Positions 1-10,877 of a stretch of DNA of 64,000 bases are shown piece by piece; position 1 is the first letter of the stretch; the number at the start of each line of letters is the position of its first letter. The position numbers and the translations under genes were made by a program. Origin of the DNA: Heteronotia binoei (lineage: Eukaryota); the NCBI RefSeq assembly GCF_032191835.1, contig NC_083226.1:16864001-16928000 (forward strand), written 5' to 3'. The notes beneath the pieces were generated by a model. The model did not search any database and was not told where the DNA came from. It saw only the letters and a list, made by a program, of their open reading frames with translations.

Positions 1-846
1 TGAGAAGTGAGGAGAGACAGATCAGCCAGCCTTCCGGGGCCACAAACACTTTCCCCCTTGGCCTTGTGGAAGAACCGACCCAGGAGAATCTCCAGGGTTG
101 GGGTTGAGGAAGGTAGCTACGGCTTGGCTTTGCAGGTGGGTCACCAGGGTTGGCTTGATAGGTGGAGGTCAGAATTTGCCCCTGGTCATGCAGGATGTTT
201 GCAGTGGTCGCCTTGGCAGTTCTCTCTTCTGGGCAACCCCTGTGGCTTCCTCCCACCTGGCTTTCTCAGTCACTGTCCTGAATGCCTTCTCAGTTGTGCT
301 CCCTGTGCTGGGTGGTTCAGCCTCGGGGCTGTCCACTTCGCCCTCCCCGTTTCCTCACGTTCACTGCCCACACCCAGCATGGACACAAGTGTTCTGCCTT
401 CCTTGTGTGCTTTAAGGCTTGCCTCTTGTCAGCCAGGTCTGGACTGCTCTTCCCTCCCAGCGGATGCTGTCGTCCCTCCAGGCGTCTCCTCCATGTCATA
501 GTTGAAGAGGGGTGAATCCCAGGCCTTGTATCTCTGGTGCGCTGCCAGTTCTAAGCTTGCTTGAGGCATGGTGGTCACCAAACCCACACAGACCCTTGAT
601 CCCCAGCTTCAGACTCCTGCTCCAGCAAAAGAGTAGCTGCTGGTCTGGAGCCATTCAGGGGCCCTCTGGCTCCCAGATATTTGAGCTTAGGCCATCAGGG
701 GCCACCACATGTCACTTCACATGACTCCAATAGCAGAGTTCTGTCTAGATTGTCCTTCAGGTCCAAGGCAGTGGCTGCCAGTGAGGCTGCGGGGAACAAG
801 ATCGTTCCATTCCGTTTCTCTCCCTCTCTCTGTCCCCCTGTGGCAG

Positions 847-982
847 GGGACGCTGGTGGCCGGCTGCTTCCACGACGTGCTGCTGCTGTATCTCAAGGCC
901 CTGAACGAGACGCTGCAGGAAGGTGGAACCAAGCAGAACACCAGCCGCATCCTGGAGAAGATGAGGGGCCTGAAATTCCAGG
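847..982 (+). CDS. NPR2-like ectodomain gene, copy 1, exon 4 (exons 1-3 lie left of the window)
   Basis: cag|GGG...CAG G|gt, 136 nt; GTLVAGCFHDVLLLYLKALNETLQEGGTKQNTSRILEKMRGLKFQ matches NPR2 exon 4 ([24 protein letters not shown]..KMQG). Confidence 0.93.
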
Positions 983-1631
983 GTATTGGAGGCTTGGCTT
1001 AGGGGAAAGAGTGGCCGGGGGTTGGGGGACGGGGAGGTTGCCAGGAATTTGGGACTGGGGTTGGGGGGAGGCAGGAAGTTGGTGCCCTGGGCTGAGACAG
1101 ATCAGGCCAGGAGGGGGTGGGAATGGCAGAAGGGGGCTGGCTTTAGAGAGGAGCTGCCCCAGAGCCCGTCCAAGAGGTTAACTCAGCCATGGGTCACGAA
1201 TGACAGCGGATGCTGGGATCCTCAAAGAAGAAGAAGAGTTGTTTCATGCCCCACCCTTCACTACCCGGAGGAGCCTTGGAGAGGCTTTCAATCACCTTCC
1301 CTTCCTCTTCACACAACAGGCACCCTGTGAGGTAGGTGGGTGGGGCCGAAACTAGGCAGGGGCCGTGGGGGCATCGCCCTCTCCCAAATCTGCCAGACAC
1401 ACCCACTCCTGATCCCCTGACCCCCCTCTCCTCTTGTTTATGCTGCTTTAATTAAATCAACGCCCCCTGGAGCCCCCTCCAGAAAAAAATCCTAGATATG
1501 CGCCTGTGGCTGAGAGAGCTTTGAGGGAACTATGGCTGGCCCTGGGTCACCCAGCTGGCTTCATGTGGGAGAGGACTAGAGAATCGAACCCGGTTCTCCA
1601 GATTAGAGTCCACTGCTCTTAACCACTACAC

Positions 1632-1767
1632 CAGGGGTAGGGAACGTTGGCTCTCCAGATGTTTTTTTGCCTACAACTTCCATCAGCACCAGCCATTGGC
1701 CATGCTGGCTGGGGCTGATGGGAGTTGTAGGCAAAAAACATCTGGAAAGCCAATGTTCCTACCCCTG
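1632..1767. mobile_element. Palindromic hAT-type MITE inserted in a reverse-strand tRNA-SINE (paralogous copy at about 21953-22089)
   Basis: caggggtag...ctacccctg TIRs; 8-bp TSD cactacac (perfect in copy 2, one mismatch in copy 1). Confidence 0.85.
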
Positions 1768-1810
1768 CAGTACACCAAACTGCCTCTCCCTCCCTGCCCC
1801 CCCCTTCCAG

Positions 1811-1905
1811 GTGTCACTGGGACGGTGAGCCTCAATAGACACAATGACCGAGAGATGGATTTTGACCTGTGGGCCATGAGGGATGTGGAGAGCGGAGAAT
1901 TCCAG
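1811..1905 (+). CDS. NPR2-like copy 1, exon 5
   Basis: ccag|GT...CAG|gt, 95 nt, phase 1 to 0; GVTGTVSLNRHNDREMDFDLWAMRDVESGEFQ vs NPR2 [32 protein letters not shown]. Confidence 0.93.
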
Positions 1906-2161
1906 GTGTGTGTATGGGGGGGGGGAGGTGTCTGCCACAATAGGTGGGGGAGAGTCCCCAAGCAGCCCCACTGGGTCTCTGAATGGGCTGGTATGCCCCA
2001 AAAAGCTACTAGAGAGACCTGAGTGGGAGTAGGGGACCTGAAGGTGGTGGGAGGTGGAACGCCAGGGCCTCCATTGGGAGGGGGTTCTGGGAAGTTGTAA
2101 CAGACATGGAGGAAGGTGCCCCCTGGGTCTGTGGTCTGAATCCAGCCCCTTCTTCCCACAG

Positions 2162-2344
2162 GTGGTGGCTCAATTTGTGGGCACAGAGAATCAGATGAAC
2201 TGGCTGGGGCCCATCCACTGGAAGAAGGGGAGCCCTCCTCTCGACAACCCGCCCTGTGTCTTCGACATGGATGACCCCTCCTGTGGTAAGAGTGGGCGTG
2301 TCCAAGGGTTAGAGGGACTTCATCTCACTGTCCTGCCACAGTAG
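2162..2344 (+). CDS. NPR2-like copy 1, exon 6 (ancestral donor probably at 2291; read-through stop ends 2344)
   Basis: acag|GTG; VVAQFVGTENQMNWLGPIHWKKGSPPLDNPPCVFDMDDPSCGK vs NPR2 [26 protein letters not shown]; read-through adds SGRVQGLEGLHLTVLPQ then TAG. Confidence 0.88.
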   Translation: MVAQFVGTENQMNWLGPIHWKKGSPPLDNPPCVFDMDDPSCGKSGRVQGLEGLHLTVLPQ

Positions 2345-3407
2345 CCGTTCCTAAACCCTTTCATCCCCTCTGCCACCCCCAGTGGTGATAAGTCTGCCAG
2401 GCAGGACAGCTCAGAGTAGGAATGTTCAAACGCCTGCCATTTTGCCTCACGTTCTGCTCTCTGGTTGGGAGCACAGAGCTGGTTCTTCACCAAACGGTTT
2501 GGCGATTCACAAGCTGCCGACATCTTTTTATTGGGTAAGTTTGTGCATATCCATACAGTACGGTTGGCATTATTCCACATCTGTGTGCTCTCACACATCT
2601 GAATGGGAGTTCTGGTTTCCTCCTCTCGTGTAGACCCGCTGTCACTGCTCCTGCATGGCAGCCGATCCTAAAAACAGACAGCAAATTGTTCAGTCTGATA
2701 GTAATGATGGTTTATTTCTTACCATTTGGTGCTCATTTTATTGCTGGTGATCATTGGAGGTTTTCACACATGCACATTTTTGCTCAGCCTTATGGGATTT
2801 TAGTTGTCTCTCCATGTCATTTAATCATCTGAAGGAGCCTCAGTTTCCCCAGCTGCACAGAGGCAAGAGACGCTGGAAAGAGAGAAGGAAATGAAACCGA
2901 AGCCCCACAGCTTGTGCCCTTCTCTCCATCCCCACCGCTGAGTCGCTTTTGGGTGGTTTCTGATAGAGCGCTTAGCCAGTTGGACGCATTTGTCTTCAGA
3001 ACAAGACACTGAGCCAATCCAGATTGGAAAGTGAAGCCTGAGTAATTTACAGTGCTTTGTGATGGGCATTCATGTTGCCATCCCCAGTGTGCCCTTCCAC
3101 CCACACTCTGCAGGCTGAAGTGGGGGTTCCGATCAGAGAGGATGGTCCTCTCCCCCCCCCCCCCAAGTAGGGATGTTCTAACACTTCTCAGTTCATCTCA
3201 TGATCTGCTTCCTGATTGGAGGAGGGAACTGGTGGATTGCCAATCAGTTTGGCCATACCAGAGAATCTCAGGCCTCTGTCCCAGGTAAGTTTTTGCATAT
3301 GCAAACGATATAATGCAGTCAGCAGAATTTTGTACATCCCAGTGGAAGTCCTGCCTACACCCAAGATACTTGTTATCTCTGCTCCCTGCTCAGCAGTGAG
3401 TCATAAA

Positions 3408-3413
3408 AATAAA
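3408..3413 (+). terminator. Candidate poly(A) signal of copy 1 (copy 2 equivalent at 23713-23718)
   Basis: AATAAA about 1.05 kb after the read-through stop in both copies, followed by a GT/T-rich stretch. Confidence 0.4.
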
Positions 3414-5294
3414 CGTTGAGAAAATGAATTGGTTGAACAATGATTATAAATTTTGTAGTGGTTTTAATGTTTGGTCGTGATCTCATTGAGAACTGGAGGG
3501 CATAGTGCACAGAGCTCAAATTGGCACAGGTTGTGTGGTTGTGACCTCTTGTGAAGCCAAGTTGTGTGGGCAACCCCATCGGTGACCCCACAAGCACCAT
3601 CCCAGATCCCCTTGGGGATTCATGTTCCCATCAAGTCTCCTCCTGGGGCCAGCTGTGGGCCTGCCTCAGCAGAAGTGACGCTCTCCTGCCCGGCTCCAGA
3701 TGCGAGACATCCCATTGCCTGGTTCAGCAGGGTCTGCATCGACCCACCCGGAATGGATGCTGCCCCCCCCAGCAGCTTACAGGTGAGGAAGGGGCTTGGG
3801 AAACTCCTCCACACAAACAGAAGCCTTGTGCCTGCACACTGGGGGGGGGATTCACAAGAAGGCTGGTTGGGGTCACTCTGGGAAGGGACTGCCCTCTCTG
3901 GGTGGCTCCTGGGCAGCTGGATGTCCTCAATGGGTCCTCCTTCATTTGGGGATCACTCCTTTTCTAGAGGGACAAGGCTGCATGACCATGACTCTCCCCT
4001 CCCCCTCCAGCCAGGCACTCAGAAGGAGAACTTCAGTGGAGACTCCAGTTCCTGCGACTAGCTCATCGGTGACCTTGTGGAGGTGAAGGATTGTGAGGAA
4101 GGACCAGGGAGAGGTGTGTGTGTGTGTAGAGCTGGTGGGCATTGTGAGGTCAAAGAGGGAGGGGCAGTTGCTAAAGACAGCTGAGAGACCCCCCACTGAA
4201 AGCCCAAGGGGGATTCCTTCTCTCTCTACCACTGATGTTCTCCCTCCAGATCTCAGAAGCTCTTTCATAGCTAGAGGGAGAGGTGAGCCTTGCTGGGCAC
4301 CAGGCCTGTAACCTCTCAGGGGTCTTTTCTCAGCCACCCCTGTGAATTTGACAGAGGTGGGCTTGCTCTCCAGTGGGCTAACACATCTTCCATGCTTTCG
4401 GGGGCTTTCTCAGTGGCCTCTTCCATTCCCTTCACAGCATCATTGGGTACCATGACTGCCTCAAGTCTTCTGACTCTTGGTGAACAGTGGCTGGGCACTC
4501 AAGATCTCCAGTGGTGGGCTGGTCAGTTTCCAGCAGAGCAGGAAAAGTGAGTGAAACCAGGCTTTTTCCATGCACCACCCCACAATGGCAGTACCTTTCC
4601 CATTGGCGAGGCCTTCCTTCCTCCCCATCCCCCCAAAAAGGAGAGCCCCCGTGACATCACTCAGCCTTGCTATTCCTGAGCCCATTTGAAGTGGTCCTCT
4701 GTATGCTGCACTTTTGCAGGATCCCCTTCTGACCTTTCTCTCTTTCTCCATCCCTTGCTTTCTCCTCCCTGCCCCTCCGAAGAAGCTGCCACCTTGCAGA
4801 GGCAAGAAGCGGAAGAGAAGTTTTGGGATCATCTCAAGAGAGACCGACAGCTGTGTGCAGCGGTGCTTTCTCTGTGGAGGGCAGTGACCTCAGCCACAAG
4901 GAGGAAGAAGGAAGAGCTCCATTGGCTTGCAAGAAGCCAAAACCTGCCTTGTTGTAGCTGCATTTTTGAGCCCCCACCTGGTTCCTCTCTTCTCATTCCC
5001 CCCATGCCAGGCATTTCACGACTGAGTGCTGGAAGCAGACCTTTGGCTCTTGTGGCATCTCCAGGAGGGGGTGGAACCTCCAGTGGACAAGGGGCCTCCC
5101 TCTCAGTCACTTGGCTGTGGGCTGCTTTGGGGAACACCTTGTTCCTCACGTCAGGAGGTCTCTCGGCATCGTGTGAACCCGCCCTTGCCAAAGGCACATT
5201 CACCCAGCAGCCCGAAAGCTGCATTTCCAGAGGCAGTGGAGGGGGGCGCATGCCCAGGGGATGTGGATCTCCATGCCTGTGAGGGAAGTCACCT

Positions 5295-5700
5295 CTTCTC
5301 CAGCAATAGAGGACTGGTGGTCGAGATGGTGGAACTTGCAGAGATGGCCAAACTTCCGTCTTTGACAAAAGAGAAGACTTCATTTTATACCTTTATGGAT
5401 TTCTTGTGTGAAGAGCAAAAAAGGTGAACTGATGACTTATGGTTTTGAAGGTTAAAAGGCAAATACGTTTCTGCAGAAAGGTGATAAATTTCCCCTGGTC
5501 TGATACCAGGCAAAAGGTGTAATGAGGAAATGTATGGTTTTTTGTAACTGAGATCATTGGATATTCCTTCCTTCTTTTTAACTGTAGTATCTGAATTGCT
5601 ATTTTCCCTCTTTTTTGCAGGGGTTAAAGTTGTAATGAGGAAATGTATGGTTTTTGGTAACTGAGATCATTGGATATCATTCCTTCTTTTTAATTGCACA
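5295..5700 (+). mobile_element. L1-type LINE 3' end with a roughly 110-bp duplicated tail (paralogue about 25600-26090)
   Basis: LVEMVELAEMAKLPSLTKEKTSFYTFMDFL resembles the squamate L1 ORF2 C-terminus. Confidence 0.65.
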
Positions 5701-6689
5701 TGTTGTGTCCATACCTAACACCCTCTCTTAGCTGGTTTTTATAGCCATATGCTTAAGGGTAATGCTTGCAGCCAGCTGCTTGGGACTAATCCTGCAACTA
5801 CTCATCTTTGTTGTCAGCAAGCAGCTGATGATCATTTCTCTGCCTTTAGGCTAAGATAAAATGTGTGGCAAGCAGCTGGCACTGGGCTAGGAGGTGTGCG
5901 CTTTGCCATCTCTTCTGTAGGTCGGTCCTTAGCCTCCATCCGCTGCCATCTAAAGGTGTGGTTGATGCTGGAAGGTTAGAAACAACCAACTGCCTAGGGT
6001 GCCAGGAGGGGGGGGGGCGCCAAATTGGCTGCCTAATTTGCGGGGGGGGGGCCTGGTACACTGAGAGGAACCACGCTGGCCTCTCCTTACCCGTTTTGAT
6101 GCGGGCGTCTCCTTAAAATGTTCTTGTATGAGAGCGCAGGACACAACGAGGCGTCACTCACCCCTCCTGGAGAACGCTTTACGTAGACGCGCACATCGAA
6201 GCTGTAAGGGGAGGCTGGCATCGCTCCTCTCAGCAAACTGGGGGGGGGAGGGCGGAAGGTGGCCATCCCCCCCCCCTACATGCTCAGAGGAGAGTACCAG
6301 CCTCCCCTTACCTGGGCCATTTCGACCCGGGCATTTCAGTAAAGTGTTCTCTTAAGAGAACGTGCAATGCAGAGGCTTTGCTCCTGAGTGAACACTTGTT
6401 GTGTTGTGCTTTCTCTTAAGAGAACGCATTACAGAAATACAGAAGTGGCCTGGGTAAGGGGAGGTTGGCTCGCTCCTGTGAGCGCACCCGGGGGCTGGAA
6501 CTGAAGCCCGGCGCTGCATTGCGGTACTGCAAATAAGACAACAAGGGAGGGAGGGGTGTGGGTGGGCGGAGGGGAGAGTCGGTGGGGCTTGGCACTGCAT
6601 GGCGCTGCCGCAAAAAGGGCATCATGGCGTAACTTTGCCTGGACTTTATGGCATAATATCGTGCTGATTACATCTTGCATTTGGGATGT

Positions 6690-7075
6690 TCTTCCTCTGC
6701 TGATACACCACATGATCACATAGCCTTTTTGTCACTGCATCACATGACGGGCTTATGTTTAACTTACCCGTACCCCAAGATCTTCTTCACACACACCGCT
6801 ATCCATCTACTGTGTGCGTTGCTCATTTTTGTTAGCCACTTATCCTTGTTAAATTGCATCTTGTTCCCATCTGCGCACTTTCCCAGCATGTTCAGATCTC
6901 GTTGAATTCTATCTCTTATCTTCTGGTACGTTCGCTGCTCCTCCCAATTTGGTGTCATCTGCCAGTTTAATGAGTAGCCGCTCCACACCCTCATCCAGAT
7001 CACTGATAAAAGTAGCGGAAAGTATCGGGCCTTGAACCAAGCCCTGTGGCACCCCTCTGGACACCTCCTCCATTC
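6690..7075 (-). mobile_element. CR1 LINE fragment
   Basis: Reverse-strand CR1 RT-like text (RIQRDLNMLGKCADGNKMQFNKDK). Confidence 0.75.
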
Positions 7076-7088
7076 AGATGAAATGCCA

Positions 7089-7300
7089 GGGGAGGGACGG
7101 TGGCTCAGTGGTAGAGCATCTGCTTGGGAAGCAGAAGGTCCCAGGTTCAATCCCTGGCATCTCCAAAAAAGGGTCCAGGCAAGTAGGTGTGAAAAACCTC
7201 CGCTTGAGACCCTGGAGAGCCGCTGTCAGTCTGAGAAGACAATACTGACTTTGATGGACCAAGGGTCTGATTCAGTATAACGCAGCTTCATATGTTCATA
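7089..7300 (+). mobile_element. tRNA-derived SINE (Squam2-type); other copies at 48555-48770, 51180-51390 and 51395-51610
   Basis: gtggctcagtggtagagc A-box, ggttcaatccc B-box, shared tail agacaatactgactttgatggacc...gcagcttcatatgttc. Confidence 0.85.
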
Positions 7301-8116
7301 TGCCATGGACAACCATGCTTTGGGTGCGGTTCTCCAGCCAGTGCCCTATCCACCTCAGCCTCCTAGAGTCCAATCCACAGTCCCCTTGCTTACCCATCAG
7401 AACACCATGGGGGAACCCTGTCAAAAGCTTTACTGAAATCCAGGTAATTCCTCCTCCACAGCAGACGAGAGGCATGTGGAGGAAACAGTGAGTAGAAGCA
7501 CCATCAGTAACACCCTGGAAAAACAGGATAAAGCTAGATGGATGCTTAACACATGATAAAAGACACAGAGATTTTTATCTTATCAAGAGTTCAGCTTTAC
7601 TGTTATCTTGTAAAGGATTATTTAAGTACCCAGTTTGTTTGATTCTTGTCATTGACACTCAGGACTCTCTCTGCCTTCCTTCTGGCAACTGTCCTTGTCC
7701 TCAAGAAGCCAGGTCAGGGGGCCTGTCCTAAAGGTGCTCTTGAGTCCAGCTCGGCTGCCCAGAGGCAGAAACCCCCCACCATCCTCCCTGTTTCACAAGC
7801 CGGTTCCTCAGAGGGGGGCCCAGGGGAGGGAGGCCGTGGGGGCAGCCCTTCTGGGGCTCTGAGTCTTTGGCCCTGCCTGTAAGATCTCCCGACACTGCCC
7901 TGCCTGCAGTGCTGCTGCTGACTGTCCAGGGAGGCCTGTTCTGTGTCCCTCCATCCCTGTTGCCAGGATTCTCCTGCCCACCCACAGCGTCTCTCTGGCC
8001 CTGGCCTTCTCTCCCTCCATCACCATCTCACCACATCTTGTCCCATGCGGTCAGTCTGTGCTTGTTATTCCTGTTTGGTTCTTGGATCTGTTAACTGTCT
8101 TCATTATGCCATATGT

Positions 8117-8252
8117 CAGGGGTGGCCAACAGTAGCTCTCCAGATGTTTTTTGCCTACAACTCCCATCAGCCCCAGCCAGCATGACCAATGGCTGGGGCT
8201 GATGGGAGTTGTAAGCAAAAGACATCTGGAGAGCTACCGTTGGCCACCCCTG
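8117..8252. mobile_element. Palindromic hAT MITE
   Basis: caggggtggccaac...gttggccacccctg; TSD c/acatatgt (7/8). Confidence 0.88.
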
Positions 8253-8289
8253 ACATATGTTAATGTAATGCTCACCTTCTATATGTATG

Positions 8290-8400
8290 GACTGATCATT
8301 TCCATTTTAATGTATCTGAAGTCTGCATGCACACAAAAGCTTACACTTTGAATAAAACTCTGTTGGTCTTAAAGGTGCCACTGAACTCAAACTTTGTTTA
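8290..8400 (+). mobile_element. Penelope-like element terminal fragment
   Basis: gcacacaaaagcttacac..aataaaactctgttggtcttaaaggtgccactgaactc, a typical squamate Penelope end. Confidence 0.55.
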
Positions 8401-9624
8401 GGAAAAGATCTCTCAACTCCTCAATCTTTCCAACCTATTTCTTTAATAAAATAAATCTTTCTATCTATTATGACAGATAGGTTAAATTTAATTATCGCTA
8501 TATAGATATCCAAGAAGATTTATTAAGAGATGTCATATAGCTGATGGTGTAAGGAGATTGTTAAATATTATTGAACATGCCCAGAAATTTGAAATTGCCT
8601 CATCTGAAATTGCGTCATTGATCCTATCTGTTGTTGCAGCAAAGGCCTTTGATAGATTGGAATGAACTTTGATAGATTGGAATGAGTGGATCCTAAAATA
8701 TCTCTTGACAGCAGTGGAGTTTGGAGAAAGTTCTGTAGAATTATAGATTCATTATATTCTGATTCAAAAGCTTTTGTGTATGTTAATAGGTACACATTGG
8801 CATAATTTGATTGGACAAGATTTGCATTATCACTTGAATCTATATCTAATGTAATCAGGCAGCATAAAGATATTAAAAGAGTTTGGATTGGACAACAACA
8901 ACACAAAATAGGATTATATACAGATGACATAATTTTGTTTGTTATCAATGCAGAACAAACTACCTGCAGGTATACAGGAATTCACTCTGTCCTGGTTTTA
9001 AGATAAATGTCGATAAAACTGAAGTTCTTAAAATGCATCTGTCATAAGGACCAATAGAGCACATAGAACACCATTTTGCATTCAAGTGGGTAACTGAAGA
9101 ATAGAAATATTTAGGAGTGCAGATTACAACTTAGTTATCACAACTGTTTAGGTATAATTATGACTCATTGCTGAAGCATATTAATAAAGAACTCAAAGTG
9201 GTCTAGGCGAAACCTCTCCTAGCTTAGGAAAGCAGCTGCAATTGAATGGATGGTGACACCCCGCTTTTAATATTTGTTTCAAACTCTCCCCATAATGATT
9301 TCAGATCAGTTTTTGCAGAACAGGCAGAGAAAATGCTTAGATTTCATTTGGAATAATAAAAGGCCTCAAGTCCAAGCTTAGGGTGGCCAGACCGTCCCGG
9401 TCTCCCGGGACATTCCCGGTTCTGGCCAACCAATCCCGGCTCCCGGGCTGCCTATACCGGGACCATTAAAGGTCCCGGTTTAGGCAGCCCCGGAGCCGGT
9501 GGGCCGCGGGCGCCGGCGGGGACAGGGGCGAGTGAGGGAGCGTCCCTGCGCACGCGCAGGGACGCTCCCTCACTCGCCGCCTTCCCCGCCCGCGCGCGGG
9601 GCCCGGCGGCAGTGGTGGAGGCCT

Positions 9625-10770
9625 CACCGTGGCCTCCGCTGGTCGCTGGAAGCCCTCCAGAGACTCTGGAGGGCCTCCAGTGACCAGCGGAGGCCGCGGA
9701 GAGGCCGCGGGGCACCCGGCGCTGGTCCCGGAAGGCCTTCCAGAGCCTCTGAAAGGCCTTCGGGGACCAGCGCCGGCCAGCGAAGGCTTCCCCGCGGCCT
9801 CCGCTGGTCCCTGGAGGCCCTCCAGAGTCTCTGGAGGGCCTCCAGGGACCAGCGGAGGCCGCGGGGAGGCCGCGGGGCACCCGGCGCTGGTCCCGGAAGG
9901 CCTTCCAGAGCCTCTGGAAGGCCTTCGGGGACCAGCGCCGGCCAGCGAAGGCTTCCCCGCGGCCTCCGCTGGTCCCTGGAGGCCCTCCAGAGTCTCTGGA
10001 GTGCCTCCAGGGACCAGCGGAGGCCGCGGGGAGGCCGCGGGGCACCCGGCGCTGGTCCCGGAAGGCCTTCCAGAGCCTCTGGAAGGCCTTCGGGGACCAG
10101 CGCCGGCCAGCGAAGGCTTCCCCGCGGCCTCCGCTGGTCCCTGGAGGCCCTCCAGAGTCTCTGGAGGGCCTCCAGGGACCAGCGGAGGCCGCGGGGAGGC
10201 CGCGGGGCACCCGGCGCTGGTCCTGGAAGGCCTTCCAGAGCCTCTGGAAGGCCTTCCGGGACCAGCGCCGGCCAGCGAAGGCTTCCCCGCGGCCTCCGCT
10301 GGTCCCTGGAGGCCCTCCAGAGTCTCTGGAGGGCCTCCAGGGACCAGCGGAGGCCGCGGGGCACCCGGCGCTGGTCCCGGAAGGCCTTCCAGAGCCTCTG
10401 GAAGGCCTTCCGGGACCAGCGCCGGCCAGCGAAGGCTTCCCCGCGGCCTCCGCTGGTCCCTGGAGGCCTTCCAGAGTCTCTGGAGGGCCTCCAGGGACCA
10501 GCGGAGGCCGCAGGGAGGCCGCGGGGCACCCGGCGCTGGTCCTGGAAGGCCTTCCGGGACCAGCGCCGGCCAGCGAAGGCTTCCCCGCGGCCTCCGCTGG
10601 TCCCTGGAGGCCCTCCAGAGTCTCTGGAGGGCCTCCAGGGACCAGCGGAGGCCGCGGGGAAGCCGCAGAGCAGCCGGCGCTCGTCCCTGGAGGCCTCCAG
10701 AGGCCAGCGCCGGTAGCGGAGAGGCCCGGCGCTGGTCCCTGGAGGCCTCCAGAGGCCAGCGCCGGCAGCT
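9625..10770. repeat. GC-rich 165-bp minisatellite built from two palindromes, about 6.5 units
   Basis: gcgaaggcttcccc recurs at 9780, 9945, 10110 and 10275, then at 10429 and 10573. Confidence 0.95.
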
Positions 10771-10877
10771 CCCTCCCTCCCTCGCCGCGAGGCCGCCGCC
10801 GCAGGACTCCCCGCCGCCGCCGCCGCTGGATGCCGCCCTGGAATCAGGTAAGGGGGCCGAAAGCGGGGGGGCGGCCT

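Noticed and set aside
7-501. 164-aa ORF repeated at 20335-20829
   Set aside because: It lies in intron 3 of the NPR2-like gene, and its conservation is explained by the recent duplication.
1000-1170. G-quadruplex-like G runs in intron 4
   Set aside because: G runs are common throughout this GC-rich window, with nothing specific here.
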